This document shows positions 30,413-39,988 of a stretch of DNA of 64,000 bases, piece after piece (position 1 is the first letter of the stretch; each line of letters opens with the position of its first letter). A model generated the notes under the pieces. The model made no database searches. It was given only the letters and a program-made list of their open reading frames with translations, and was not told the origin of the DNA. The translations under genes and the position numbers were made by a program. The stretch spans positions 5,535 through 69,534 of the forward strand of contig JABHSK010000002.1 of assembly GCA_018669975.1 (NCBI GenBank), in the 5' to 3' direction. This DNA is from Candidatus Parcubacteria bacterium (GTDB lineage: Bacteria > Patescibacteriota > Patescibacteriia > UBA1558 > GWA2-36-10).

Positions 30413-31690
30413 TTATTTAGCTATATTAGCTATACACCAATCTGGATCTGAATGATCGTTACATAACAAAGGGTCTCCCAGATTAGAAGCTACTGACGCA
30501 ATGCAGCCATCAAAATAATCACCCGTAAACATTGTTGATTTATATTTAAGGCAATCATCTGTGTTGTCTAAATAATCATAAACCGATATAGCACAAAAAA
30601 TAAAAGTATCAGGATCTAAAGAGCAGGGCTCTAATGTTTTATTATTCTTTCCAATCTTAGCCAAACAATAATCTGGCTGATTTAATGTCAGGCATTTTGC
30701 AGTATCATTATCTCTAACTGCCTGATTCTTGGTTACATTTTCTTGACAACGAAATTTTAAAGTTGTCATTGCAGAAAAACCAGCTGTCTCACAAAAATCT
30801 GAATCAAAAGCCCTATTACTAACCGCATCCAAGCAAACGTCAATACCCATTCCATCGTCTTCAACCATAGAACGGCAAATTTCTGCTGCTGCGTATTCAT
30901 CAAAATCTTCTTCTTCTAGCATCTGCTCTACTATTTCCCATTTAGCTTTAATAGCATTTGTTAAAGTATCATTAGGATTATAACCATTTATTACTTCTAC
31001 TAGATCACTGTAACCATCATCATCTGTGTCCACTTTAGTATCCTCTGCTCTATTCATTTTTTCTAAAAACAAATTGAGACCATCTTCATCTTCGTCTGTC
31101 TGCAATAATGTTAAATAATACGTATACGCATCTTCTTTGAAAAACTGACATGTACCATCCATATAAACCTGATCTTCTTCACTAAGATCTCCTTCAAAAA
31201 AAGTATAATCTTCTTGTAATTCGGTTGGAAAATATTTAATATCTTCAGGATTTTTAACTAAATAACACATGGTTAATGAAGGGAGATTCTCTCTCCGAGT
31301 ATAATCTCCGAGGAGTTCAGCCACTGTCATTCCCTCATCATCATTATGAGCTGACTCTGGAATATCACTATCATCAACATCAGATATTTGATTTCTTACC
31401 ACGCCTTCTGAAACACTAACAGTCTGCACCTCTGTAATCTCTGTCCCGCTGCCACTACCCTTTAACAAAAAATATCCAGCTAGAACTACTCCTATTAATG
31501 CAATACCAATTACAACAGCCAAAATTATGCCTTTATTAGCAAAAATCCCTGTGGAACTCGGCGCAGGGATATTATTAGCTACCTGGTTAATTGGTGGATT
31601 ATTCACTGGAACATCCACTGGGGGTGGTTGTTGTTGAACTGGTTGTTGAGGTTGAGACTGAGGCTGTTTATTCTCTATTTCTTCAAACAT
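30413..31690 (-). CDS. Membrane-anchored protein with TSP3-like motif and Cys-rich repeats
   Basis: One TM helix; DTDDDGYSDLVEVINGYNP; many spaced Cys in the C-terminal half. Confidence 0.75.
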   Translation of the reverse strand: MFEEIENKQPQSQPQQPVQQQPPPVDVPVNNPPINQVANNIPAPSSTGIFANKGIILAVVIGIALIGVVLAGYFLLKGSGSGTEITEVQTVSVSEGVVRNQISDVDDSDIPESAHNDDEGMTVAELLGDYTRRENLPSLTMCYLVKNPEDIKYFPTELQEDYTFFEGDLSEEDQVYMDGTCQFFKEDAYTYYLTLLQTDEDEDGLNLFLEKMNRAEDTKVDTDDDGYSDLVEVINGYNPNDTLTNAIKAKWEIVEQMLEEEDFDEYAAAEICRSMVEDDGMGIDVCLDAVSNRAFDSDFCETAGFSAMTTLKFRCQENVTKNQAVRDNDTAKCLTLNQPDYCLAKIGKNNKTLEPCSLDPDTFIFCAISVYDYLDNTDDCLKYKSTMFTGDYFDGCIASVASNLGDPLLCNDHSDPDWCIANIAK

Positions 31691-31715
31691 GTTTATTTAT
31701 TTTTATAAATTTAAA

Positions 31716-32135
31716 CTAAACACTATCCTGTGAATCTACATTTTGTGGTTCAACCGGCTGCTCTGGTTGAGGTGTCGGTGGAGCTTGATCCATTGTGGGA
31801 GCAGTCATAGGTGCCGCCATGGATTGGCTAGATTTTGAAATCAAGAAGAGAATACCAATCACAAAGGCTGGTCCAGACATAGCTAAAAATGATAACCAAG
31901 GTGTATCCCCCCAGGCCATCACAATATAGACAATGCCTAAAATGATAAATATAATTCCTCCTATCATCTCCTGCTTCCAGGCAATTAATAAAGCTATCAA
32001 CACCGCTATTGTTGGTGTTAAATGCATGAATAACGCTCCCCAAGAGAATTGTTCAATGTCAAAAACAAATAAAGTTACTACCAAGGTAAACATGATAGCA
32101 AAAACTCTGGGAATCCAATATAAAGTTTGATTCAT
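31716..32135 (-). CDS. Small four-TM membrane protein
   Basis: WIPR start, four hydrophobic helices, Pro-rich tail. Confidence 0.75.
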   Translation of the reverse strand: MNQTLYWIPRVFAIMFTLVVTLFVFDIEQFSWGALFMHLTPTIAVLIALLIAWKQEMIGGIIFIILGIVYIVMAWGDTPWLSFLAMSGPAFVIGILFLISKSSQSMAAPMTAPTMDQAPPTPQPEQPVEPQNVDSQDSV

Positions 32136-32161
32136 ATCAATTTATTTTAATTTTTTATATT

Positions 32162-32614
32162 TTAATTGTCTAAAAATATCTGATCTGGTGTCACCCAAGT
32201 GCCTAAGGGATTAACATTGCAAGCCATCGCTTCATACTGCGCTTCCTCACCACTAATAGGTTGCCCACCATGATCATATGACCAAATCACAACCTCTGTT
32301 ATAGTTTTACCACCAGTCTGACAACCTCCGTTGGTGCTATAGGGACAAGTGTTTTTAGAAAAAGTTCCTTCACTGCCACAATTAAGCTCCATTTGCTGCT
32401 CTGTCCAAAAACTACCAATATAATCTACACAATGACTCTTGTCATCAATGGTATTACAACTACCACGCACCTTATAATCTCCACTTGTTTCCTGCAGCAT
32501 ATCCTCTACCACCTCAATACCCTCGTCTATTTCTTCTTGAGTAGGTGGATTTCCATTTTTCCCACAGCCAGCTATAGCCAAAGGTAAAATCAAAACTAAT
32601 AATAATTTTTTCAT
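32162..32614 (-). CDS. Cys-rich lipoprotein
   Basis: Lipobox IAGC; six further Cys. Confidence 0.75.
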   Translation of the reverse strand: MKKLLLVLILPLAIAGCGKNGNPPTQEEIDEGIEVVEDMLQETSGDYKVRGSCNTIDDKSHCVDYIGSFWTEQQMELNCGSEGTFSKNTCPYSTNGGCQTGGKTITEVVIWSYDHGGQPISGEEAQYEAMACNVNPLGTWVTPDQIFLDN

Positions 32615-32626
32615 AATATTTTTTAA

Positions 32627-32716
32627 CTAGCCCTTAGTTAGCATGGTAATAAGAGATACCGACAGTAGTATTACCAGCATGATAATAATAAAAATAAAAA
32701 ATTTTGGTGGCTTCAT
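32627..32716 (-). CDS. 29-aa single-TM small protein MKPPKFFIFIIIMLVILLSVSLITMLTKG (not in ORF track)
   Basis: ATG at 32716 to TAG at 32627; fills the gap between two co-directional genes. Confidence 0.55.
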   Translation of the reverse strand: MKPPKFFIFIIIMLVILLSVSLITMLTKG

Positions 32717-32726
32717 AATTTAAATT

Positions 32727-32987
32727 TTAAACCGCACAACAAAATGGCGGATTGATAATAATATATAAAAACAAAATAAAAATTATCCAAGTTATAATCA
32801 AAAATATTCTATCTACTAAATCCAATTGAGAAAACTTAATTAAACCAATAATAGAAAAAGTAGCCGCAACTATGGGCATCAACATGCTAATAATAGGTAA
32901 GCCTAAGAAAACTACCAACAAGGAAACAAAGCTATAAACACCAATATGCTTAAATTCTCTTTTTTTCGAGTGTTTTTTCTTCTCCAT
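32727..32987 (-). CDS. Small membrane protein
   Basis: 86 aa; basic N-terminus, 2-3 TM helices, ends CCAV. Confidence 0.65.
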   Translation of the reverse strand: MEKKKHSKKREFKHIGVYSFVSLLVVFLGLPIISMLMPIVAATFSIIGLIKFSQLDLVDRIFLIITWIIFILFLYIIINPPFCCAV

Positions 32988-33086
32988 GAAACTGCTCTAA
33001 TAATAGCTTAATAATACCATAATATGGGTTAAAAAACTACCCAATATTACGTATAAAAAAGAGAGCTCCGTTGAGCTCTCCATATG

Positions 33087-33509
33087 CTAGAAGTCATAGT
33101 TCTCGTAGTCGAGTTCCCTGTCCAGATCTATCTGGAATTCACCGACTATCTCCGGCGGGCGATTGTCATCCATGATGACCGTCCAATAAGTACCGCCTTG
33201 CTTGGCGACCAACAACATGTGAGTAAACTGCACTTGGACGGTGTCTGCAAAGCTGGGATGGTACATGGCTGGAAAGTAATCATCGGCCGAATTTTCGATT
33301 AACGCATTGGTACTACCAACTCTGATGTTGGCATAAAAAAGTACTCGATCGAAATCATCAACGTGACTGGCCACGTACAGAGCTTCCTCCACTGAGGACT
33401 CGTGCCAGGCATAGTGATACTCAGGTGGTGTGGACTCACCACAACCAACCAACAGCAATAAAGCAATTGTAGCCCACACGAGCGCCAAACTAGTAAATCG
33501 ATACTTCAT
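33087..33509 (-). CDS. Hypothetical lipoprotein in a stand-alone unit; probable start MKYRF
   Basis: AAGGAGG SD before ATG at 33509; lipobox LVGC; TTGACA upstream; hairpin terminator at 33055-33082. Confidence 0.7.
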   Translation of the reverse strand: MKYRFTSLALVWATIALLLLVGCGESTPPEYHYAWHESSVEEALYVASHVDDFDRVLFYANIRVGSTNALIENSADDYFPAMYHPSFADTVQVQFTHMLLVAKQGGTYWTVIMDDNRPPEIVGEFQIDLDRELDYENYDF

Positions 33510-33709
33510 GACTTCCTCCTTTTTGAGTGTTTCAGTGTACACAAATAACTACCTATATTTACACAAAACACGCTTTTTGTCAATAGTAGTAAGGGTTTTA
33601 TAAAAATAAGTATAACTATAAAAGGTCCCTATATTGACAAAAAGGCCTATTTTTACTAGGCTATCTAATTATTCCTATAGAACCTTTTAAACTAACCAGG
33701 AGGAAAATA

Positions 33710-33910
33710 GTGGAAAGACCCCCTAAAAAAAGATTTTGGCGAGCCTGCCGTAATATCTGGGCCTGCATCCTACCGCTGTCTCTAACCTGTATTTTTATCC
33801 CCTCCCTGCCTTCTGGCTTGTTCATTGTACCTCTGATGGCCGGCGCACGGCTAACTTTTCATAGCTACTGCCAGATTGTAGTTACCGCTGAACAAAACCC
33901 TATTGCCTAA
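33710..33910 (+). CDS. Small hydrophobic protein in a stand-alone unit
   Basis: TTGACA-17-TAGGCT (33634-33662), AGGAGG SD, GTG start, terminator at about 33915-33953. Confidence 0.6.
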   Translation: MERPPKKRFWRACRNIWACILPLSLTCIFIPSLPSGLFIVPLMAGARLTFHSYCQIVVTAEQNPIA

Positions 33911-33964
33911 AAGGCAAAAACCACCCCCAATAAAACAAGGGGTGGCTTTTTTTATCTATGTCAA

Positions 33965-34381
33965 TTATTTTAATTTACTACCTTTCCCCCATAAAATATC
34001 AAATATGTTCTTAAAATTATCAGCAAAATGACGGTTAGTAATTTTAATACCCACTAGATTCTTATTTTCCATGGACATAATACTAACTACATCTCCCATG
34101 ATATACATCACAAATTTATCTACTTTATTTTTAGCTGGCAAATACCTAGCTTCTAACCATTGGTTGTCTTTGTAAATTTTTTCCTTCTTTTTCTCAATCG
34201 CTGAAGAATTTACCAATAGTTTGGTTGTTATGTTTAATTCTTTCTTCCAGCGCTCTATCTTATCCTGCCAGGATGACTCAAAAATAAAACTCCACTCTTT
34301 ACTCCAAACAAAAAACCGCCCCTGTTTCCTAAAATCACGCTGAAAACAAAACGGTTTCTGTATGAATATTTCAAAATTTAT
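33965..34381 (-). pseudogene. Probable remnant of a TrmB-like regulator (C-terminal sensing domain only)
   Basis: Ends RYLP..YIMGDVVSIMS..VGIKITNRHFADNFKNIFDILW; frame stays open 55 codons upstream of the TTG with no ATG and no HTH. Confidence 0.45.
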
Positions 34382-34467
34382 TTATTCTTAAATCTACTGC
34401 GTCTTTTAAGTTTTTTACGCCTTCGTCTTTTCACGGATATTCTCTTGTGTTTCAGTTTTGTTCCCAT
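34378..34467 (-). CDS. 29-aa extremely basic peptide MGTKLKHKRISVKRRRRKKLKRRSRFKNK, bS22/AURKAIP1-COX24-like (not in ORF track)
   Basis: ATG at 34467 to TAA at 34378; size, MG start and K/R content resemble mycobacterial bS22. Confidence 0.55.
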   Translation of the reverse strand: MGTKLKHKRISVKRRRRKKLKRRSRFKNK

Positions 34468-34528
34468 GTCTTAGTTATATAAATTAATGGTAGAAATATA
34501 GCAAATTGTCTATAAAATGTCAATATGG

Positions 34529-34605
34529 TGGTCGTCCTGCCGGGACTTGAACCCGGGACCCCCACTTTATAAGAGTGGTGCTCTAACCAACTGAGCTACA
34601 GGACG
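34529..34605 (-). tRNA. tRNA-Ile(UAU)
   Basis: CGTCCTG/CAGGACG acceptor stem, TAGCTCAGTTGGTTAGAGC D-arm, CCACT-CTTATAA-AGTGG anticodon arm, GGTTCAAGTCC T-arm, A73 and encoded CCA. Confidence 0.93.
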
Positions 34606-34684
34606 ATGAAAACATACATATTATAAATCAAACAACGTATTTTGTGAAGACTTTGGTCGTATTCGATATTAAACCCTAGTCACA

Positions 34685-35794
34685 CTAAACGCTGTTTATT
34701 ATATTCAACTTCTTTTGTATTTTGTCTATGACCAGATCTTTGGTTTCCTCAATTTCTTTGTCGATGACAATTTTGGCCAAGCGACGATACCCCTTGCCTT
34801 GCATATCCTTAGTCAGTTCCAAGGCATTTATATTATTAATGCTATAAACACAAACTTTTGTTTTATACAATTCTACTTGGTAAAAAATAACAGCCGCTTG
34901 AACATCTGGTGTAGATAAAATTAGATCTTTGACCATCTCCTCAAAATCCTGTGGCAAATTATCTATCTCGTCATGTTGCAAATACGAACTAATAATATTG
35001 TCTTTCTTTTTTAAACGAGATAATACTCTACCCCAATTTTTAAGAGTACTAATATCTTTAGTTCTATATAGAGTCTCTACAATCTGACCACGGTCAGCTC
35101 CTTTTATGATTAGCTGGCTAGCCAACTCCAGTGTCTTTGGATTAACTTGCGGCGACTGAAAACTATTAGTAGCTGAAATCATACCTGCCAATAAACAGGT
35201 GGCGATATTCTTATCTAGGTGTTTATTCAAAACATGATAGGAAACCTCTGCTAGAGAAGTAACATTACTTTCTACCACATTTAATTGTCCAAAATTTTCA
35301 TTGAGCAATGATCGATCGATATTAATGATGGGTACATCATGAAAAAAACTACGGTTACTATCAAACACTTTACCAAGAGCCTCCAGACTAGGAGCACCAA
35401 AGGTGATAATTAAGTCATATTTATAGTCATCTTTATGTGTCGATAGATCTGAATCATTAAACAATCCATCTTCTGGCACAATATCAATATGTAATTGCTT
35501 GCCTTTGACATCATAACTAAGCTGTTTAACTTTGGTCTTGGATGTATCTAAAATAATCTTGAATTTATTAACATCATCTAGATTTTCCTTAAAGCTTACC
35601 TTGGATGGCAAGAACTTAAGTTTGTGCACTTTACCATCAAAAACCAAATCAACCAGCTTCTTTTGTTTTGACAAAAAAAGCCACCAGGCTGCAGCCGTGC
35701 TGACAGTGTCTACACTGGGGCTTTGAGGTCCGGTCAACAAAATGCGATTAGACGAACTCAAAAGCTTGCTAAATTGTTTTAATGGCAAATCCAT
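34685..35794 (-). CDS. Degenerate DHH-family (NrnA-like) protein
   Basis: DHH-family layout (IINID..NENFGQLN, ATCLLAGMISATNSFQ, WGRVL) but DHH replaced by DRS. Confidence 0.75.
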   Translation of the reverse strand: MDLPLKQFSKLLSSSNRILLTGPQSPSVDTVSTAAAWWLFLSKQKKLVDLVFDGKVHKLKFLPSKVSFKENLDDVNKFKIILDTSKTKVKQLSYDVKGKQLHIDIVPEDGLFNDSDLSTHKDDYKYDLIITFGAPSLEALGKVFDSNRSFFHDVPIINIDRSLLNENFGQLNVVESNVTSLAEVSYHVLNKHLDKNIATCLLAGMISATNSFQSPQVNPKTLELASQLIIKGADRGQIVETLYRTKDISTLKNWGRVLSRLKKKDNIISSYLQHDEIDNLPQDFEEMVKDLILSTPDVQAAVIFYQVELYKTKVCVYSINNINALELTKDMQGKGYRRLAKIVIDKEIEETKDLVIDKIQKKLNIINSV

Positions 35795-36001
35795 TTATAC
35801 TTAAATTTATACTTTTTGACTATTAAATCTATAATATTACGGCCATATTGTCAATACTTTTTATCCACTATTCACTCTAATAAGTCAATAGCCACCCCAT
35901 TAGATTGACTTTTTAGCCAAAATTTAGTAGAGTAAAGCCGAAATATAAAAAATATCCTCGAATAATACACATCTTTAGTGTATTAATTTATTTATAAAAC
36001 T

Positions 36002-37975
36002 ATGAATGTATCAGCACTAGCTAGACAACTAAAAATTACTACTAACGAACTCCTGGAAAAATTGCCCGAGTTGGGCTTTGATATTGGTGCTAGAGCTATC
36101 AAAGTAGACGATAAATTGGCTCCCAAAATAATTGAGGCTTGGAAAAAAGCGGCTAAAAAAGACAGGTTCAAAAAAGAATTATCTAAGGTAACAGAGATTC
36201 GTGGCCAAGATAAAGATAAGGATTCAGACAAAGAACTCAAGGAAATATCTATTGGTGATACTATAATTGTCAAAGATATGGCTGAAATCATGGATCTGCC
36301 AGTAGCTAAATTGATGGGTGAATTAATGGCTAATGGTATCATGGTATCCCTTAATGAAAGAATTGATTTTGATACAGCCACTATTATTGCTGAAGATTTA
36401 GGATTTAAAGTAAATAAAGATAAAGCCGAGATTACTGAGGAAATCAGCAAACGAGAGCGCTTGGAAAAATTACTTAGCAAAAGAAAAACCGAAGACGCTA
36501 AACCTCCAGTAGTGGTGGTCATGGGTCATGTTGATCATGGTAAAACTAAACTATTGGATTCTATTCGTGAGACAAATGTAGTCGACCAAGAGGCTGGTGG
36601 CATCACCCAACACATCGGTGCTTATCAGGTGGAAGCTCATGACAGACTAATTACTTTCCTGGATACACCAGGTCACGAAGCTTTCAAGGCCATGCGTAGT
36701 CGTGGTGGTCAAATTGCTGACGTGGCTATTTTAGTAGTAGCCGCTGATGATGGACTACAACCACAAACTTTAGAAAGTATCTCTGTTATTCAAAAAGAAA
36801 AGCTCCCCTTCATTGTGGCTATCAATAAAATCGATAAAGAAAATGCTGACGTAGATAAAGTTAAACAAGAACTATATGAAATAAATCTAATGCCAGAAGA
36901 CTGGGGTGGTAAAACTATTTGTCAGCCAATTTCTGCCAAAGAAAAACAAGGTATAACGGAAATATTAGACTTAGTGCTCTTGGTCACTGACATAGAAGAT
37001 CTCAAGGCTGACGACAGTGGCTCTGCTATTGGCACTATAATAGAATCACATATAGATAAAAGTGCTGGGCCGGTAGCCACCGTTCTAGTACAAGCTGGCA
37101 TGCTTAAAATTAGTGATATGTTTATCGTTGGTGATGTGCCAGGTAAAATAAAAATACTGCAAAACTGGAAAGGTGAAAATGTAAAACAAGCTGGTCCAGC
37201 AACTCCAGTAAAAATCTTGGGCTTAAAACAGCTACCAACTGTCGGGGAAATCTTAGAAGTAATTTCTGACAAAAAAACCTTTAAGGAAAAGCTTAAGCAA
37301 GCTAGCAACAAAAAGAAAGTATCTGTTACTACCAGTAGTAGCAGCAATGGTGACAACGACGACGAAGAGCAAATTAACAGTCTTAATTTAATCATCAAAT
37401 CTGATGTATTGGGATCAGCTGAGGCTATCGAAGAATCACTGGATAAGATAGAAGTAGAAGACACTCGGATTAAAGTACTCAAAAAAGGCTTAGGTCAAAT
37501 AACTGAAGATGATATCCTCAACGCCGAAGCTACCAACGCTTTAGTAATTGGCTTTCACATCAAAGAGAATAAAAATATTCAATCTCTAGCTGATGAGAAA
37601 AATGTCACTATCCTCTATTTTGATATTATCTACAAACTATTGGAAGACGTTGAAGAAAGATTAAAGAGTATCAAAAGCAAAAAAACCATCCATAAACTAC
37701 AGGGTAAAATGGAAGTGTTGGCTATCTTTAAAACCAATAAAAATAGTATGATATTCGGCGGCAAAATTACTGAGGGTAAAGCTACCAAAACTAGTAAAAT
37801 CAAAGTACTAAAAAATGACGAGGTAGAAGCTATTGGTCAAATAACCACGCTCCAAGCAGCCAAAGAAAGTGTTAGTGAGGTTGTCGAGGGCAATGAAGCT
37901 GGCATCGAATATAAAGGTGAGCCAATAATTGAAGTTGGTGATACTTTAGAATTTTTTGAAGAAACATATGAGTAA
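36002..37975 (+). CDS. infB: Translation initiation factor IF-2
   Basis: MGHVDHGKT, GGITQHIGAY, DTPGHEAF, NKID. Confidence 0.98.
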   Translation: MNVSALARQLKITTNELLEKLPELGFDIGARAIKVDDKLAPKIIEAWKKAAKKDRFKKELSKVTEIRGQDKDKDSDKELKEISIGDTIIVKDMAEIMDLPVAKLMGELMANGIMVSLNERIDFDTATIIAEDLGFKVNKDKAEITEEISKRERLEKLLSKRKTEDAKPPVVVVMGHVDHGKTKLLDSIRETNVVDQEAGGITQHIGAYQVEAHDRLITFLDTPGHEAFKAMRSRGGQIADVAILVVAADDGLQPQTLESISVIQKEKLPFIVAINKIDKENADVDKVKQELYEINLMPEDWGGKTICQPISAKEKQGITEILDLVLLVTDIEDLKADDSGSAIGTIIESHIDKSAGPVATVLVQAGMLKISDMFIVGDVPGKIKILQNWKGENVKQAGPATPVKILGLKQLPTVGEILEVISDKKTFKEKLKQASNKKKVSVTTSSSSNGDNDDEEQINSLNLIIKSDVLGSAEAIEESLDKIEVEDTRIKVLKKGLGQITEDDILNAEATNALVIGFHIKENKNIQSLADEKNVTILYFDIIYKLLEDVEERLKSIKSKKTIHKLQGKMEVLAIFKTNKNSMIFGGKITEGKATKTSKIKVLKNDEVEAIGQITTLQAAKESVSEVVEGNEAGIEYKGEPIIEVGDTLEFFEETYE

Positions 37976-38297
37976 ACGTACTGAACAAGTAGCTGAATTG
38001 CTACGTACAGAAATAAACAATATAATCATTCGTGATTTTGAGCCGCCGATTGGAACATTAGTTTCAATAGCTGCTGTCACAGTTTCACCTGACTTAAAAA
38101 ATGCTACTGCCTATATTAGCATTATCCCGGAAAACAAAATTGGTAGTGCTCTAGAAAAAATCAAAAAATTTGGAGGTCATGTTCAAAAACGTCTTGGTCA
38201 ACACATTAATCTAAAAACAACCCCTCGCATCAAATGGGAACTCGATGAACGAGGTCTCAAATATGCAGCAATAGACGAAGCTTTAAAAAACACCTAA
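37968..38297 (+). CDS. rbfA: Ribosome-binding factor A; probable start MSKRT
   Basis: VTVSPDLKNA, L..TPRI.W..D; follows infB. Confidence 0.93.
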   Translation: MSKRTEQVAELLRTEINNIIIRDFEPPIGTLVSIAAVTVSPDLKNATAYISIIPENKIGSALEKIKKFGGHVQKRLGQHINLKTTPRIKWELDERGLKYAAIDEALKNT

Positions 38298-38351
38298 TCA
38301 GGTGTTTTTATATTTTATTGTGTGCTAATATATTTAAAATAAATAAACTAT

Positions 38352-38939
38352 ATGCAAAAAATTATTCTAGCCTCCGGCTCACCACGCCGCAAACAATTGC
38401 TCAAGCAAATAATTGGTGACAACTTCGTCATTAAAACTAGTTCCTATGAAGAGGATAACGAATTGAATATTCCCCCAAAAGATCTAGTACTTAAACACTC
38501 ACTAGCCAAGGGTCGAGATGTAGCCAACAACTTAGATGAAGGCATAGTCATTTCAGCTGATACTTTAATTTTCTATAAAGGTGAGGTGTTTGGTAAACCA
38601 CACACCGAAGAAAATGCTAGACGAGCACTAAAAAAAATCAGTGGAAAATCTATCGAATGTATTACTGGCATGGCTGTAATCGATGTTAAAGGCAGACAAG
38701 AAGTCCAAGATTATACTATCACCAAACTAAAAATAAAATCCCTAACCGACAAGGAAATTGATGACTATATTAAAGCTGAACAAATTCTAGATCATGCCGG
38801 TTCTTTTGCTTACGAACAAAAAGGGGCTGTCTTAATAGAATCAATCGATGGCTGTTATTACAATGTTATTGGTCTACCACTAAATAAACTTCACCAAATA
38901 CTAAATAAACTTGGTGTATCTAGCTTTGATTATAAATAA
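38352..38939 (+). CDS. maf: Maf-like nucleoside triphosphate pyrophosphatase
   Basis: IILASGSPRRKQLL, ADT, GKP, GCYYNVIGLP. Confidence 0.95.
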   Translation: MQKIILASGSPRRKQLLKQIIGDNFVIKTSSYEEDNELNIPPKDLVLKHSLAKGRDVANNLDEGIVISADTLIFYKGEVFGKPHTEENARRALKKISGKSIECITGMAVIDVKGRQEVQDYTITKLKIKSLTDKEIDDYIKAEQILDHAGSFAYEQKGAVLIESIDGCYYNVIGLPLNKLHQILNKLGVSSFDYK

Positions 38940-39007
38940 AGCTTACCTACCAATATTTAGGGCTTAAGTATTGACTAATTATACCTTTTACTATATATTA
39001 ACTGGCT

Positions 39008-39973
39008 ATGCAAAATCATAAATTGACCAGCCAAGCTATATACCAGCAAATAGATCGAGCCCACAAGATACTCTTGATCTCCCATCGTAATCCCGATGGT
39101 GATACCTTGGGTTCAAATTTTGCTATGTTCAATTTTCTCAAAAATCAAGGAAAAGAAGTTACTAGTTTCTGTGTAGATCCAGTTCCCAATTATCTAAACT
39201 TTCTGCCAGATAGTCACAATCTTAGCAATGACCATAGGGTCTTCACCAAAACCTATGACACTGTTATTACTTTAGACTGTTCTACTATAGAACTAACTGC
39301 TGCTGAATATCTTCTCCAAGCCATCCCTTCCAAATATACCTTTATAAACATCGACCACCATGTTTCTAATCCTGGCTACGGTGATATAAGTCTAGTTTCA
39401 CCACAGACATCCTCTACCGCTGAATTACTACACAACCTGTTTATGGACTGGAAGATTGAATGGAATGAAAACATTGCTACCAACCTAGCCTGTGGAGTCA
39501 TTACTGATACCGGCGGTCTAAAAAATCCTGCTACTAGCTATCAATCTTTATCCGCTACCTCTGACTTAGTTAATAAGGGTGCTAATATTCATAAAATAAT
39601 GAATGTTACACTCAACCAAACAAGTATCAACAAACTCAAACTCTGGGGACGCGCTTTAGAAAGATTAACTAAAGTAGAAAAATATAATCTAGTCTATACT
39701 TTTATAACCATAAAAGACTTTGAAGAATGCCAAGCAGATGAAGACGCCAGCGAAGGCATGTCTAATTTTCTGCATGTCCTCAAAGAGGGCGAAGTTATTT
39801 TAGTATTACGAGAAGTTGGAAATAATACTATCAAAGGTTCGCTACGTACTACCGGTAAAATAGATTTAACTAAAATAGCTGGCCTATTTGGTGGTGGTGG
39901 ACACAGAAAAGCAGCTGGCTTTAGCTTGTCAGGTAAGCTGGATTATGATAATAATAAACTGAGGATTATTTAA
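39008..39973 (+). CDS. nrnA: NrnA oligoribonuclease/pAp phosphatase (DHH/DHHA1)
   Basis: HRNPDGD, LD, NIDHH, TDTG, SLR, GGGGHRKAAG all intact. Confidence 0.92.
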   Translation: MQNHKLTSQAIYQQIDRAHKILLISHRNPDGDTLGSNFAMFNFLKNQGKEVTSFCVDPVPNYLNFLPDSHNLSNDHRVFTKTYDTVITLDCSTIELTAAEYLLQAIPSKYTFINIDHHVSNPGYGDISLVSPQTSSTAELLHNLFMDWKIEWNENIATNLACGVITDTGGLKNPATSYQSLSATSDLVNKGANIHKIMNVTLNQTSINKLKLWGRALERLTKVEKYNLVYTFITIKDFEECQADEDASEGMSNFLHVLKEGEVILVLREVGNNTIKGSLRTTGKIDLTKIAGLFGGGGHRKAAGFSLSGKLDYDNNKLRII

Positions 39974-39988
39974 AAATAAATAAAAATT

